A stretch of 62,919 bases of DNA, counting the filler, from Bipalium vagum (Eukaryota): NCBI GenBank assembly GCA_037834085.1. It is 3 parts of 3 records of this genome, joined end to end, with 100 filler letters (N's around TTAATTAATTAA, not from the genome) between each part and the next. Parts side by side here need not be neighbours in the genome. Positions count along the whole stretch, not along the records: positions 44,202 to 62,919 come from JBBMKC010021517.1; 2 more parts are not named here. One strand, 5' to 3'. Positions 51,250 to 62,919 of the stretch are shown here, one piece after another; position 1 is the stretch's first letter, and every line of letters starts with the position of its first letter. The position numbers and the translations under genes were made by a program. The notes beneath the pieces were generated by a model, which saw nothing but the letters and a program-made list of their open reading frames with translations, had not been told where the DNA came from and made no database searches.

Positions 51250-52489
51250 CATCCCAAAAGTTCCAACATCATTCTTCATTAATCAAAGTGCCTTTTTCTA
51301 GGGGATCAGCAACATTCAATTGTGTTTACATTTATCCATGGATTTCTTTTTGATGTTTGAAATCGATGAATAGATGAAGAAGAAAATAAATTGTTTATCC
51401 AACATTGAAAGTTTTGTTTATATTTCCTCAAAGAAATTAAAACAATTTACTTGTTCCCGTAGATTTAGACCATTTATCTAATTTATGAAGAAAAGTATAT
51501 GATAAATTGTGATAGAAATCCAATCTAAAAAGCCATTTCTCACAGAATCACACTGTGAATAAAATGAAATCAACTTGAAAAGCCACGGGAATCATTCTCC
51601 ATCCTTTGGCAATGAAACCAATTTGTTTACATTTCGTCGATACAAAACAATTAATGCTCTTGACAGTGGAATTACCATACTGCTATGCACGGGGTTTTCG
51701 GGGATAATTAAGTTAAGCTGCCCAAAATGTGTAATTCTGTCCAACATGGGGTCAGTTTTCCATTGTTGCTTTATATTTGTTTTCGGATAATAATAAAAGA
51801 CCATCCTTAATTCTGCGATGTTTTTTTTAGATAAAACAATATCGATTTTGTGAGGTGTATTATTATGTTTATTTGCTTTGTACCATGGTTTGGATTCTCA
51901 AAGCTTTTGGACATTGGTTAAAAGATGATTAACAATAAAATACATTTAGGACATTATGACCTCTCAGATGACCTTAACTTTGTCTTCATAATACATTTTA
52001 TCCTATTTTATTACATAACTTTGTAAATCTCACCATTAAGCTGGTTAGGTTTATCTAATGCTTTTATTATCTCTCTTTGCCTTCACACTATCCAATCATT
52101 GGTGGTGTCCTTAATATTTCTCGATGTTATTCTTGGGAAAATAAACTTAAATTGTTCATGTTTTCCCATTAATCATATTAATGAAATCGTGGCGTCCACT
52201 GGTGATAAATTCAGTAGTAATGAGGTCATATATGGAGAATCGGAGATATAAATGTTTCCAAAATCATTAACCTGTTAATGATATAGGTTTTCTGTTTACA
52301 GGTGAAGACAGTTGGACTTGTTTTATCTCAATTGGTGACTTAGCAGTATAACGTATGTCTAATAAAGACTTCCACGATATAACCTAAACTTTTAAGAATC
52401 AGTTTCAATTTACGGGAAACTCTCCGAGAATCAAACGGTTTTTCCCCTATACCAATCATAATTACATTTTTATGATGATGAAAATAATT
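51250..52489 (-). mobile_element. Probable Ty1/Copia pol remnant (RT-RNase H)
   Basis: Ordered weak motifs: SKPWYK, RITHFG, LYRRNVNKLVSL..PWL..ISFYSQ (YrslvGsL.yl..rPd...vs.lsQ-like), NVADPLEK (ADilTK-like). Confidence 0.45.
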
Positions 52490-53458
52490 NNNNNNNNNNN
52501 NNNNNNNNNNNNNNNNNNNNNNNNNNNNNNNNNNNNNNNNNNNNNNNNNNNNNNNNNNNNNNNNNNNNNNNNNNNNNNNNNNNNNNNNNNNNNNNNNNNN
52601 NNNNNNNNNNNNNNNNNNNNNNNNNNNATATTCCTTCAACATTTATTTTTATCACCAATTATTAATATCTTAACGGAAAATTTATTTTAATAATTATATT
52701 ATATAATTGCCATAATTGATTTTCTCGGATTACTGCTAAAATGCGCTTTTTTAGATTAATATAGGAATTTCCTTTTTTAATTAATATTTATAATAAGATT
52801 TATGAATTATTATTTTTCTTTCAGAATAAAGATTTATGAAATTTATTTTTAAGAAATTTTCGTCAAAATTGAATTATAATGCACACTTTTTTCCATCTGT
52901 CATAATAAATATCAGATACAAAATTCTCATGAAAAGATTTTAATTTGAAAAATTTAGTTTTTGTAAAATGAAAAAATTATTATTGCTGGTTTATAAATTA
53001 TGACTTAATAATTTTTGAAAACCACCCAGCTATAAACAAATGTTGAAAATTAGTTAATAATAATAATTAATATAAAAAATAAATAATATAATAATAATTA
53101 ATATAATAATAAAATTTATATTAAGTAAATCTAGAAATATTGGTCAAATTTCATGAAAATATAAAATAAAATGTTCATCGTTTTCAACATTATTTTGTCA
53201 TCTAAAGGAGATTCCTTTAATAAAATCTGTATAAAAAGACAGGGTTTTCATGAAGAAAGTTTGTCTCGTCTTTTTCTTTGTATGGAAATTTTAACCTTTT
53301 ACCTTTTACTGCTTGGTACCTCCTTTATCTTTAAAGAATTACGAAATGTTGGCCATATTACTAATATATTTATATTTAGAAGACAGATTTTTGTGACTCG
53401 AAATTAAAACAATTAATTTTGTTTCAATTAATATCTGAATAGTCAAACATTTAATTAA

Positions 53459-53992
53459 TTAGGTGTAGCGCTTAATTTTGCGGATTTTTAAAAAAACAAA
53501 ATGCATTTATTTTAAAGACACAGCACATTATTATGTTATGCATGTTTTCCATCGTTAGCTATGACATTTGTCCAAATTTGCGTATTATCCTGGGGTAATA
53601 GGTCTTATAATTCTGCATCTTTAATTTTTTTGGTTGACCTGGGTGTTCCCTATCTTTGAGATCATAATTGTCTAAAGCAGCGACCGCAAGTGTCTGTTGA
53701 TAGAGTATTATCATCACAGGTTTGTCGAAATATGATACAGCTTTTGCAGTGGATTTCTTTAAATTGATAAATAACAGCATAGAATGTAGAAAATGTTCTT
53801 TCGTTGGCTCATATTTTGTCACCAACATTATTAAATATTTTGAAATTTGAAAATGTTTTGATAATTTAAATTTTAACTTTAGAAAATTTGATTTAAACAA
53901 TTATTTAAATGATAAAAAAATCATTAAATAGATCAATATAAGAAATAAATATTTACATTTTAAAAAATCCGTAGAATTAACTGCTACAGGTG
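53459..53992 (-). mobile_element. Internally deleted mauritiana-type mariner (~530 bp) with both TIRs
   Basis: TTAGGTGTAGCGCTTAATTTTGCGGATTTTT / AAAAATCCGTAGAATTAACTGCTACA; YEPTKEHFLHSMLLFINLKKSTA, DLKDREHPGQPKK. Confidence 0.9.
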
Positions 53993-56559
53993 ATAAAACA
54001 AGCCATTTTATGAAAAATTATACATTATTTATATATTCATTTATAATAATAATCCTTTTGTTTACAAAAATAATATTTTTAGCAACAGAGATTGGAATTA
54101 ACTAAAGTATCCATTTTAATAAAATCTTACATGTTAAAACAAACAAATTATTATTTTCCATTTAAAAGACATTCGCAGCAATTTTTTTTATAATTTTCTT
54201 TTTAAAATATATTTCTGTATCTGTACCGAATTTTTGGATATTCACACGTTACAAATTCATACATACATAAGTGGTAAAATAATAACTAGTATCAAATACA
54301 AGATTTGCGTGACGAAAGTCTCTGACATTCTATTTATTTTATTTAATAGGTTTTCCGGGAAATAATTAGTGATTTTCGAAAATGCCTCTATAGAAGATTT
54401 TATGGAAAATGATCTCTGTGCAAGTTATATTACAGAAATTAGTTAAACTGATGTGGTTGTAGTCAGAACTGTCATGTATCCGATTAGGTTATTCGGTTCA
54501 GTTATCAGCGTTTTATTTAATAAAGTATAGAGAAGTCGCAACCAAAGTCACTGTCCTTTAAATTACAATCAACCACCATCTTCAGTTACTTGGACTAAGC
54601 TTTGAGCCAATTTTTTAATGCCACACCAGTACCATTTCAGTGATTTTAAGACAAAGAACTCTGTGATATCAGTGACATTGAAGATAATTGTCAACTGAAT
54701 ATTCATGTTTTGTTGGTTGAAAGCAATAGACCCCATCTTGCAAAACAGATCTTGGGGATTATTTTCTAAGTGAATTAATTCTCTTCCAACTTGTGCAATT
54801 TTAATTTTGATTTGCAAAGCGATATCAATTAATTAAACGAAAAGTTATCAATGTTAATCAAATAAATTTAAGAACGACAAAATCAGGTATATCAATATTA
54901 ATAAATAATAATAAATATTTAATAAAATCAATAAATAAATTTTTCGCCCTCCAACCACAAAACCTATTCATTTCTATTTCTCATGGAAACATTTAAGGTA
55001 AGATACTGACGGTTGACTGAGCTTCCATCTTCCAAACCCTCTCTAGGCGCGTTCAGTTCACGGAGAAACGATTTTGAGCCACCTGGTAATATTTACATTT
55101 CTAAATAACAATAGTTAAATCATTGAGTCGTGTGAGCCTGACACACGAAAAATAATTAAATAAGTTTTAATAAAACGATGTAATGTTAGCGATGGCATAG
55201 AATATTAAAAACACGAGTCCCTCCCCATTCAATATTTATTTTAACGATTAAAATTGGAATTTTTCAGCGGAAAATGTACAAGAAAAATCTTTGACAATTT
55301 CAGATTTCGAAGATCAGATAATTTTGGTGGTAAATTGTTTTTCGTTACGGTAAACATTGTTTCGTATTTGAGCATAAAATTGCGTAATTTAGGGATGATA
55401 CTCAACTGACATTAGCAGCGTTGATTCCTTCGATTTTTTAATTTAATTAATGAATTCCGCCTGGGAAAAGTTAATTGTAATTCTTAGGAAAATTATCAAT
55501 GTTAAATGCAGCACTGAAAATTGATGTTGTACCACTTTTATCGTATGTTAAGAGGGAAACAATATTGCAATAGTTTCATCAACTAATATTTACCATCCAA
55601 TAAAATGATCCTGTTCAAAAATACGAAAACATGTCCAAGGTTAATTAAATTTTAATGAAAATAATGATTCTTTTTATTTTTCTGTATTTTTTAAAATATT
55701 TTAAAATATTTTGCATGAAATATTTTATGATACGTGACATTTACTATTCAAGAAATATAATAAATGGGATTAATTTTCTTTCAAGTTCNNNNNNNNNNNN
55801 NNNNNNNNNNNNNNNNNNNNNNNNNNNNNNNNNNNNNNNNNNNNNNNNNNNNNNNNNNNNNNNNNNNNNNNNNNNNNNNNNNNNNNNNNNNNNNNNNNNN
55901 NNNNNNNNNNNNNNNNNNNNNNNNNNNNNNNNNNNNNNNNNNNNNNNNNNNNNNNNNNNNNNNNNNNNNNNNNNNNNNNNNNNNNNNNNNNNNNNNNNNT
56001 TTTTATTTTTATTTATCGGATTTATTAACGATTTTCTTTGATTTTTCGGGTAGCCATTTCATTTTTAGGAACATCATAACAAAAATATACTTAAAAATAA
56101 TATTTCAAATGGAATGTTTTTTGATTAAAAATAAATTGAACACTTGGTTTCTTGGATCTAGTTATATTTATTCAAATCTATTTTTATCATATTTTTGTGA
56201 CTAACTCAATGAAGACCGTAACCTTTATATTAGATCCCAATACTTAATGAATATTAAAATTAATTTTAAACTATACAAATAAAATATTTCAATAATTCTG
56301 ATGATATTAAAGAATTAGCGTAGGACCTGGTAAATAAATACGAGGAAGAAATTTCAAGGAGGACCTTATGTAGATGAATAACAAATTTAAAGAAAAGAAT
56401 CACTAATAAAACAAAACAATCGCAAATATCCACAAAAACGTTTTTCAACAGATATGTTGAATACATATGGAAAACTTTAGAAAATGGTCAGAAATGCCAC
56501 CTTACCAAAATGTTACATATAAGGAAAAGAGACAAAACGAGTTTTACTTAAAATCAACT

Positions 56560-57270
56560 GACAGGTACTGTATTATAACCCGTTATTTTCTTTTGTATTA
56601 GAACTGGTGTTATGTTGTTGATAAATAACTCAATTGATTTGGTTGAATTTATAACCGATTAATCTAATGCATTTGATGAGAAATTTTTTTAAAGAGTCTC
56701 ATAGATCTGTTTTGCTTCAATCAGACTGACTTCATCAGTTTGTTGACTCTCTTTTGGTTGTTTTTTCAACGGAAAACTCATTTGAGTAAATAGAATTAAA
56801 ATTTGTTTCATCGGGTCAATCAAATTCATTTTCATCCATTCAATCATCAAACATCTCCTTTTCTTTTACTCGGTCAGCAATTCGTATTCCTTCAATGATA
56901 TGGTCCAAACCAGGAATTTCATTCATAATGTGTCATGCCTTTTTTCAACAATTAAAAACTGTTGAAGACGATACGTCTGACCATGAATAATGTGAGTATA
57001 TAATTGCACCTTTAATTGCAATTCTTTTATACAGCTGAAAAGTGTAATATCCTCGGAAATCTGAGACACGATTTCTCGCATTTGTAAATCATAATATTTT
57101 GGTTTGAAGTTCCCAATAAAACCGCAGTCTCAATGTTGAGTTTTTGAAGTAAAATTCTTCGGTAGAAAGAAACAGTTCAATATTGGATGGTGCACGTGTA
57201 AGCTTATGAGCCTGGTGGTTATCGCACAGAAGAAAAACATGATTTTTGGAATTTATCAAAATTTCATATT
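56560..57270 (-). mobile_element. pogo/Tigger DDE transposase remnant
   Basis: FLLCDNHQAH..SNIEL.FLPKNFTSKTQH*DCGFIGNFK; SWSDVSSSTVFNC*KKA. Confidence 0.9.
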
Positions 57271-58479
57271 TAGAGAATTTACTACCATAAAATATTATTA
57301 ATAGAATATTAATTAACAGAATATAAATAATAACTAATATTAATAATAGTTAATTAAAAATAATTAATTAATATTAATTTATTAACTGTGAAAAATAACC
57401 TTTTAATCTTTTGATTTTTTATCAGCGTGCTTAGAGAACGTCGGTAATGACATATGTGAGTTTATTTGAAACGAAAATTGTCTTTTCTTTCCTCAAAAGT
57501 TGTAAAATATTTGCAAATTATTTCAAGGCATGAAATAAGCTTCTCCAAGTCAATCCGTTTGTACATAACTTGGATTAAAATTTCATTTATTAGATTTAAA
57601 TTAGAAAAAATAATTAAATTTCCTAAAAATTTCTGATTTTTTTTTAATATTTTAAAGTTCATTTTGTTTATATAATAATAAAATTATTATGAAATCTTAA
57701 TTCAGTTTTTCATTAATTGTTTTAATGTTCAGAGCGTCTTTGTTTAATAAGTAATTGTTGAAGTAAATGTTAATTTTGTTATGCCATTGTGAAAATATGA
57801 CGAAAAAAGGACAACACTCAAAATATAATTTTATTTATTAAAAAAATACAATCACCAGATTTTTCTCACTCTGAAAACATTGTTGTTTTACTGTTAGGAA
57901 ATAATTCTCAATTATTGACCATGGAATATCAATTGGTTTTTTTTTACCTTCTTTCGATTTTTTTAATTAAAAATAGAAACGGTTTTTGGTTATAATTATT
58001 AGAAAAAATATTAATGTTATCCCATTTCAAGCGTTATTCATAAATGTAATTATTTAATAATAGATAATATTTATATATATATAATATATATAGATAATTA
58101 TTTGACCCAATAAATGAAGGGTATTAATGACCAAAATGAATCTCACTGAATTCCGCTCTGTTTTGATTTATCTTGAAAACAGTTTAAAACAAAAATAATA
58201 ATTTCTTAAGAAAATATTGTCGAAAAATAAAAATAAATAAAACAAGATCGATGTCTATGAAGAATATTTTCCACATTTTTATTAATATAATGATATAATT
58301 TGCAATGATTTCTTCGGAAAACATTTTAATGAAATCACTTTTTTTCAACAATGTGAATATTTTATTGACGTTTTAATTTGATTTGTTCTTTGTTTTATCA
58401 AACAACTTTTATTATTCTCAAATAAAATTTATATTTATTTATGCTTTTCTGTGGTTTTCAAAAAGCCCCGTTATATATC

Positions 58480-59242
58480 TGTCAATAAACCCACATAAAA
58501 ATATTAATAATGCTCTTATGAAATAACTTTGGCAACACATAAAACCCTGTAGGTAAATGCAACATTTATTTGAGAAGAAACAAAGATTCAATTGATCATT
58601 AAAACGGAGGTTATTCAAAACGCTCCATATTCGCTAGGTCTAAGTGCAAGGAAATACAACCATGGCCATTCAGTATCGAATTAAAACTTTTAAAGCATGA
58701 GGATAAATTGAAACCTGAATCAATTTCTAGGAGACCAGGGAATTTCTTGTGTAATTGTAGCGATAGTTTAGTGGAAAGGTGAAGGTCGTAAAAAGATTGA
58801 AATCATATTGATTATCAACTTGTGATTATTGCAAGATTTATACTTACGAAATAAGTGTTTCAAAAAAATAGTACAAAAAGCAAGGCATATTACAGCGAAA
58901 TATGTGGGAATAGAATTTTGTGAGAGATTGCTAATAAATCTTTTCACACGTCTGTCCTCACGAATTTTAATATGCCTACGTATTTACCGATTCGAAGTAT
59001 ACCTATTCCAGGTTATTTTAGTGAGGATTTAAACGGCATATGTACACATATGTGGAAAATGTTTTAAAAATGTGCACAGGAATTCCATTTTCAGAGATAA
59101 ATCATCGAGGTTTTTTGAAAATACTTATTATTCATTTAATACCTTCTTAAAGTAAACAACAAGAGGATGGTGTTAATATATTTATGAAAGACAGTAAGTC
59201 ACCAATTTTCGTATATCCCACATATTAATGAAACACCCTCAT
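58480..59242 (+). mobile_element. Highly decayed Tc1/mariner-like sequence
   Basis: NAPYSL, GEGRKKI, ATGAAACACCCT right-TIR-like end. Confidence 0.35.
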
Positions 59243-59315
59243 TATATCAGACGTGAATTAAAGTATTAGTGAGGTAATGGCTTCAAAATGTTTCTGGATA
59301 AAAGTGTTACACGAG

Positions 59316-60350
59316 TACGTGTACAAGTATGGTTCCACCGTTTTTTAATTATGGTTTTTATTTTTTAACAACGGAATATTTCAAAATAACGTTGTTTTTT
59401 TATCTGTAGTGCAGCTTAAGCCCTTTTTATCTTTATATTGAAATTCTGAAAAACGGTTATTCATAATTTTTGATTTTACATTTCGGATCAAGATATTTCC
59501 GACTGGATAAAAGCCATTTACGGAAATAATGGATTTTAAGCCCATAAAACGAGTATATAGGCTTATGACAATCATGTTCAATGCAAAAAAAACCTATCGA
59601 AAATGGTTTCAAGGATTTTTTTTAGTGATTTTCATGTGAATCATTAAAAACATGGAAGACCAGCAAAGAAACTTGAAGACGCTGAACTGCAAGTGTTATT
59701 AAGCGGAGATGATCCTAAAACTCAAGAACAATTGGTTACATCACTGAGTGTAACGAAGCGAGCGATTTCAAACCGCGAACATGATATAGAAAAAATTAAC
59801 GTAGGAAAATAGGTTCCTTATGAATTAGTCGAAAGAAAAAAGCAACTCAGAAAAACCACTTGGGAAATTTTGATTGAGAATAGTAGAAAGTCTTTCCTTC
59901 ATCTTATTGTCAATACGGGTGAAAAATAAATTTATTTTAAAAAGGACAAGCTTAATAGATCATGGATTAATCCAGGCTAGCCTTTATGTTCAACCGAAAA
60001 ACAATTTTCATTGACAAAAAATGTTACCGGGAGAACTGTTATCGACATTCGTTGTGAAAATCGAGTACTGTATTTAAATCAGGAACTCAAAGAAAAACGA
60101 CTTTCAGGCATTGGAAAGTGATATTGTACACAACAATGCTAGCCTCATGTTGCCAAAATTTTGAAAGACAAATTAAAAGAGCTGAATTGGAAAGTATTAC
60201 CTCATCCACCGTACTCACCGGACATGGATCCGTCAAATAATGATTTTAGTAATATTTAAATGATTATCCCAGAGAACAATGCATATTATCAAAATTTTCA
60301 TATTTTCAACTATTTTCAGATTTAATCATGACAAAATTTGTTCCTGGAAG
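59316..60350 (+). mobile_element. mariner (mauritiana/Mos1-like) remnant
   Basis: GTGTACAAGTATG TIR; HGRPAKKLEDAELQVLL; VPYEL; HNNA.PHVA; WKVLPHPPYSPDMDPS. Confidence 0.92.
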
Positions 60351-60449
60351 AAATATTTTTAGAAAAAAGAAAAGTTTTCGGGGATCATAATCAATAAGAG
60401 TTATTTTATCTTATATCACAAAAAATAGATTAAAAAACCGCATTATTTA

Positions 60450-60950
60450 ACGGTACACATAACATCTGCGAAGAAGCGATTATTATTTCGTTTATTCATG
60501 CAAAGTAATAATTCATAAAATGTTTTAATGCACGAATTGGCGACGATCGTAAATATACTCAATATTTTTATGATCTTGTATTTCTGAGTCATGGTAAAAA
60601 ACTGAAACTCTATTTTATTGTCTACTGAGAAGTAAGGTTTAAGTTTCACAAAATGGAACCGAGCTCTATTGATCTTAGGATCTCTTTGATCTAGATAGGG
60701 AAGTATCCTTTAACAATATTTGTGAAAAATATGCTCTTGTTTGATATTTCTGAATTCGATCAGTTAAGACTGTACCAACCTTTTCCGGACCATTTGTTGT
60801 AGAGAAATCGTTGTAGCTCATTATGAATCTCTCTAACATAATATAAAATTATTATTTGGAATTGAATATTCCATATTCATCTCAAACTTGTGTCAAAGTT
60901 CATATTCACCACAATCCCCATTTATGTTTATGCTTCAATAAATATTTTAA
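60450..60950 (+). mobile_element. Possible Gypsy integrase C-terminal remnant
   Basis: KTVPTFSGPFVVEK resembles the GPY/F motif. Confidence 0.3.
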
Positions 60951-61699
60951 ATAAATAAATAATAATATTTTTATTTAGACTAATAAATGAACCAGACTAT
61001 CAAGCTCTTTTTACTGTGATTTTCATATCAAAACTTTTTATTTGATCTTTACCTTGATCCTTATTTTCAACCAGTCTCAGTTTTTCAAGACCGAACTTCT
61101 CTTAATTTTATTTTTTTCAGAGAAATTGTTTAAAAATTCTTTCAATCGGATTTTAATTGCTTTATTTTTCTGAAACAATGTTACATAATAATAATTGTCC
61201 ATTCTGTGAAATGTACCATTAAAAAGTGGACATCCACTTGTACATAAATCATCATCACTGGCCAAACGTAAAAATAATTAAATTATTTTATAGTCAAATT
61301 CATCTGTTAAACGAGAATTGATGGATTCGGCTTATTTTCGTATTAAAAATAATTAAAATGGTAAAAATCCATTTAAATTCACAAATTCAATAGATGCATT
61401 AAAACAAATACGAAGAAATATACGATTTTAGGAAATTATTTCATTACTTCTATTTATTTACGCACTGAACAAATCTTGAGAACATTAAGTTCTTATATCC
61501 CTAAAGCTCTTTTTCCTTGGTATTTTTGTTTGAATGTTGATTGGGTTTTCTCAACTGAATTGATGTCCTTTTTCTTTCACTTACTCTTGAAAAGTGTCAT
61601 CGTCATACATTGTTATTTATGAATATTTATTTTCACAAAATTTTGTACTTAACACTTATCAAAACAAAATAGTACTTTTAGGTCTTTTTAAATCAAAAA

Positions 61700-62780
61700 A
61701 AAGTTCTGTATAGAAGAAGTGCAAATTCTTTTACTAATATCTAAGATGGAATCAGTCACATTAGTCCGGTGGCATTTAGATCATTTGAAACGGAAAAAGA
61801 TATTTACGGCGAGGACAGATATTTGCAAAATTGAAGGAGACTATGAGTGTTTGTGATCTTTGCAACTCTGTGAGATCATCAATTGAAGATAAAAAATTAG
61901 GAGAAATAAATCAGGTTTATGAAGAAACACTTCACACCTCGCTAAGCACTGTTGCTAAGGAATTTATATATGGTTTAATGGCTGTAAATAAGGTAGTACG
62001 AAAAACCTTTATCTTTATCCATACAAGATCCAAATCAAAATTAGTTACACGATGAAGATCATACTGAAAGAATTGCAATGCACGAAATCCTACTACTGAA
62101 ATCGATAGTAAACCTGATTTTCACTGATGAAGTAATTTTTTCTTTAAACGGCTATACTAACAGGCACAGCTGAAGAATTTACGGCACTAAACCTCCTAAA
62201 GATATTATACCACAGTCCAAATTCACTCCAAAAATTAATGTTTGATTGGATCTATCAATATTCTGCGCTTATGACACATTTTTCTTTCACGAGAATATGA
62301 ATGGAGAAAACTATTTAGACAAGCTTAGACCTGGTAGAATTTGTGGCAGAATTAAATCTAAAATAGTTTTTCAACAAGATGTTATAATATTATCGTCTAA
62401 ACAGCAATTTTTCTGGAAGATGGATTGTCTGTGCTGGATCGTTCCATTGAACTGTTAGATCACCAGGCCTAACACCACTTGATTTCTTTCGTTGTGGACA
62501 TCTGAATTCAAAGGTATATGAAAGAAAACCAAAAAATATCCAAGATTTGAAAGATATTATTAAAATGAATGTAACTAAAAGTTCACCAGGAATAAGTTAA
62601 AATTTTATGAATGACTTTTACAACCACTTTCACAAGTGTATTAAAGCTAATGATAATTATGTAGGAAAATATTTAATTTTGATAAATAAATGTTCCTGTG
62701 TGGAAAATTTGCAGTCTTATTTTGAATATATTTTACGATGTTACATTTTAAAATCGAATACGTACTTTATACACACCCTG
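61700..62780 (+). mobile_element. Tc1/mariner (rosa/DD41D-like) element with right TIR
   Basis: LIFTDEVIFSLNGYTNRH, MNGENYLDKL, VFQQD, RSPGLTPLDFF.CGHL.SKVY; CACCCTG-TA end. Confidence 0.9.
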
Positions 62781-62784
62781 TATA

Positions 62785-62863
62785 ATAATAATTAGTTATT
62801 ATATTACTTATTTTATATTATTAATATTAATATTATTATTAATATTATTTATTATTATTATTA

Positions 62864-62919
<56 letters not shown>
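62785..62919. repeat. (ATT)n-rich microsatellite
   Basis: Degenerate then perfect ATT run to the window end. Confidence 0.9.

Noticed and set aside
54569-54817. 82-aa ORF with WYWCGIKK (integrase zinc-domain-like)
   Set aside because: The HHCC residues are not identifiable; too weak to call
55480-55550. YDKSGTTSIFSA on the minus strand, resembling an IS630 motif
   Set aside because: Isolated motif with no DDE context
39996-56204. ORFs containing X runs (around 40017-40146, 40802-40995, 52490-52627, 55789-55999)
   Set aside because: Artefacts of N gaps
56712-56742. CTGATGA-stem-GAAG hammerhead-like string on the minus strand
   Set aside because: GAAA core and stems I and III are absent; lies inside the pogo remnant
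61077-61265. ORF with LFNGTF (MULE DGTF-like)
   Set aside because: One weak motif only

Overview
Very AT-rich eukaryotic (metazoan) genomic DNA, not prokaryotic. The (AAT)n microsatellites and dense transposon debris are compatible with a planarian-like flatworm, but that is inference. The window appears to be three separate scaffolds (1-22033, 22134-44101, 44202-62919) joined by identical artificial 100-bp linkers (N44-TTAATTAATTAA-N44), plus four ordinary N gaps. The only recognisable host gene is the last two exons of a PI3-kinase regulatory subunit (p85/PIK3R-like C-terminal SH2 domain, 23857-24708, + strand). Almost everything else is degenerate mobile DNA: LTR elements (Gypsy gag and RT, LTRs, a probable Copia remnant), Penelope-like elements, many Tc1/mariner families (mauritiana, cecropia, Tc1/Tc3, DD37D maT, rosa-like, DD39D-like, pogo) and hAT-Charlie MITEs. 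Most notable: (1) an LTR/tRNA-Trp-PBS/gag unit whose Gag has four CCHC knuckles and ends in an apparent ubiquitin-like domain with no visible pol; (2) four minimal hammerhead-ribozyme motifs in Penelope-like remnants, two of them in a fold-back element; (3) an intronless, decayed REX/DEDDh exonuclease ORF that looks like mobile-element cargo. All family calls were made by eye from motifs, with no database searches.
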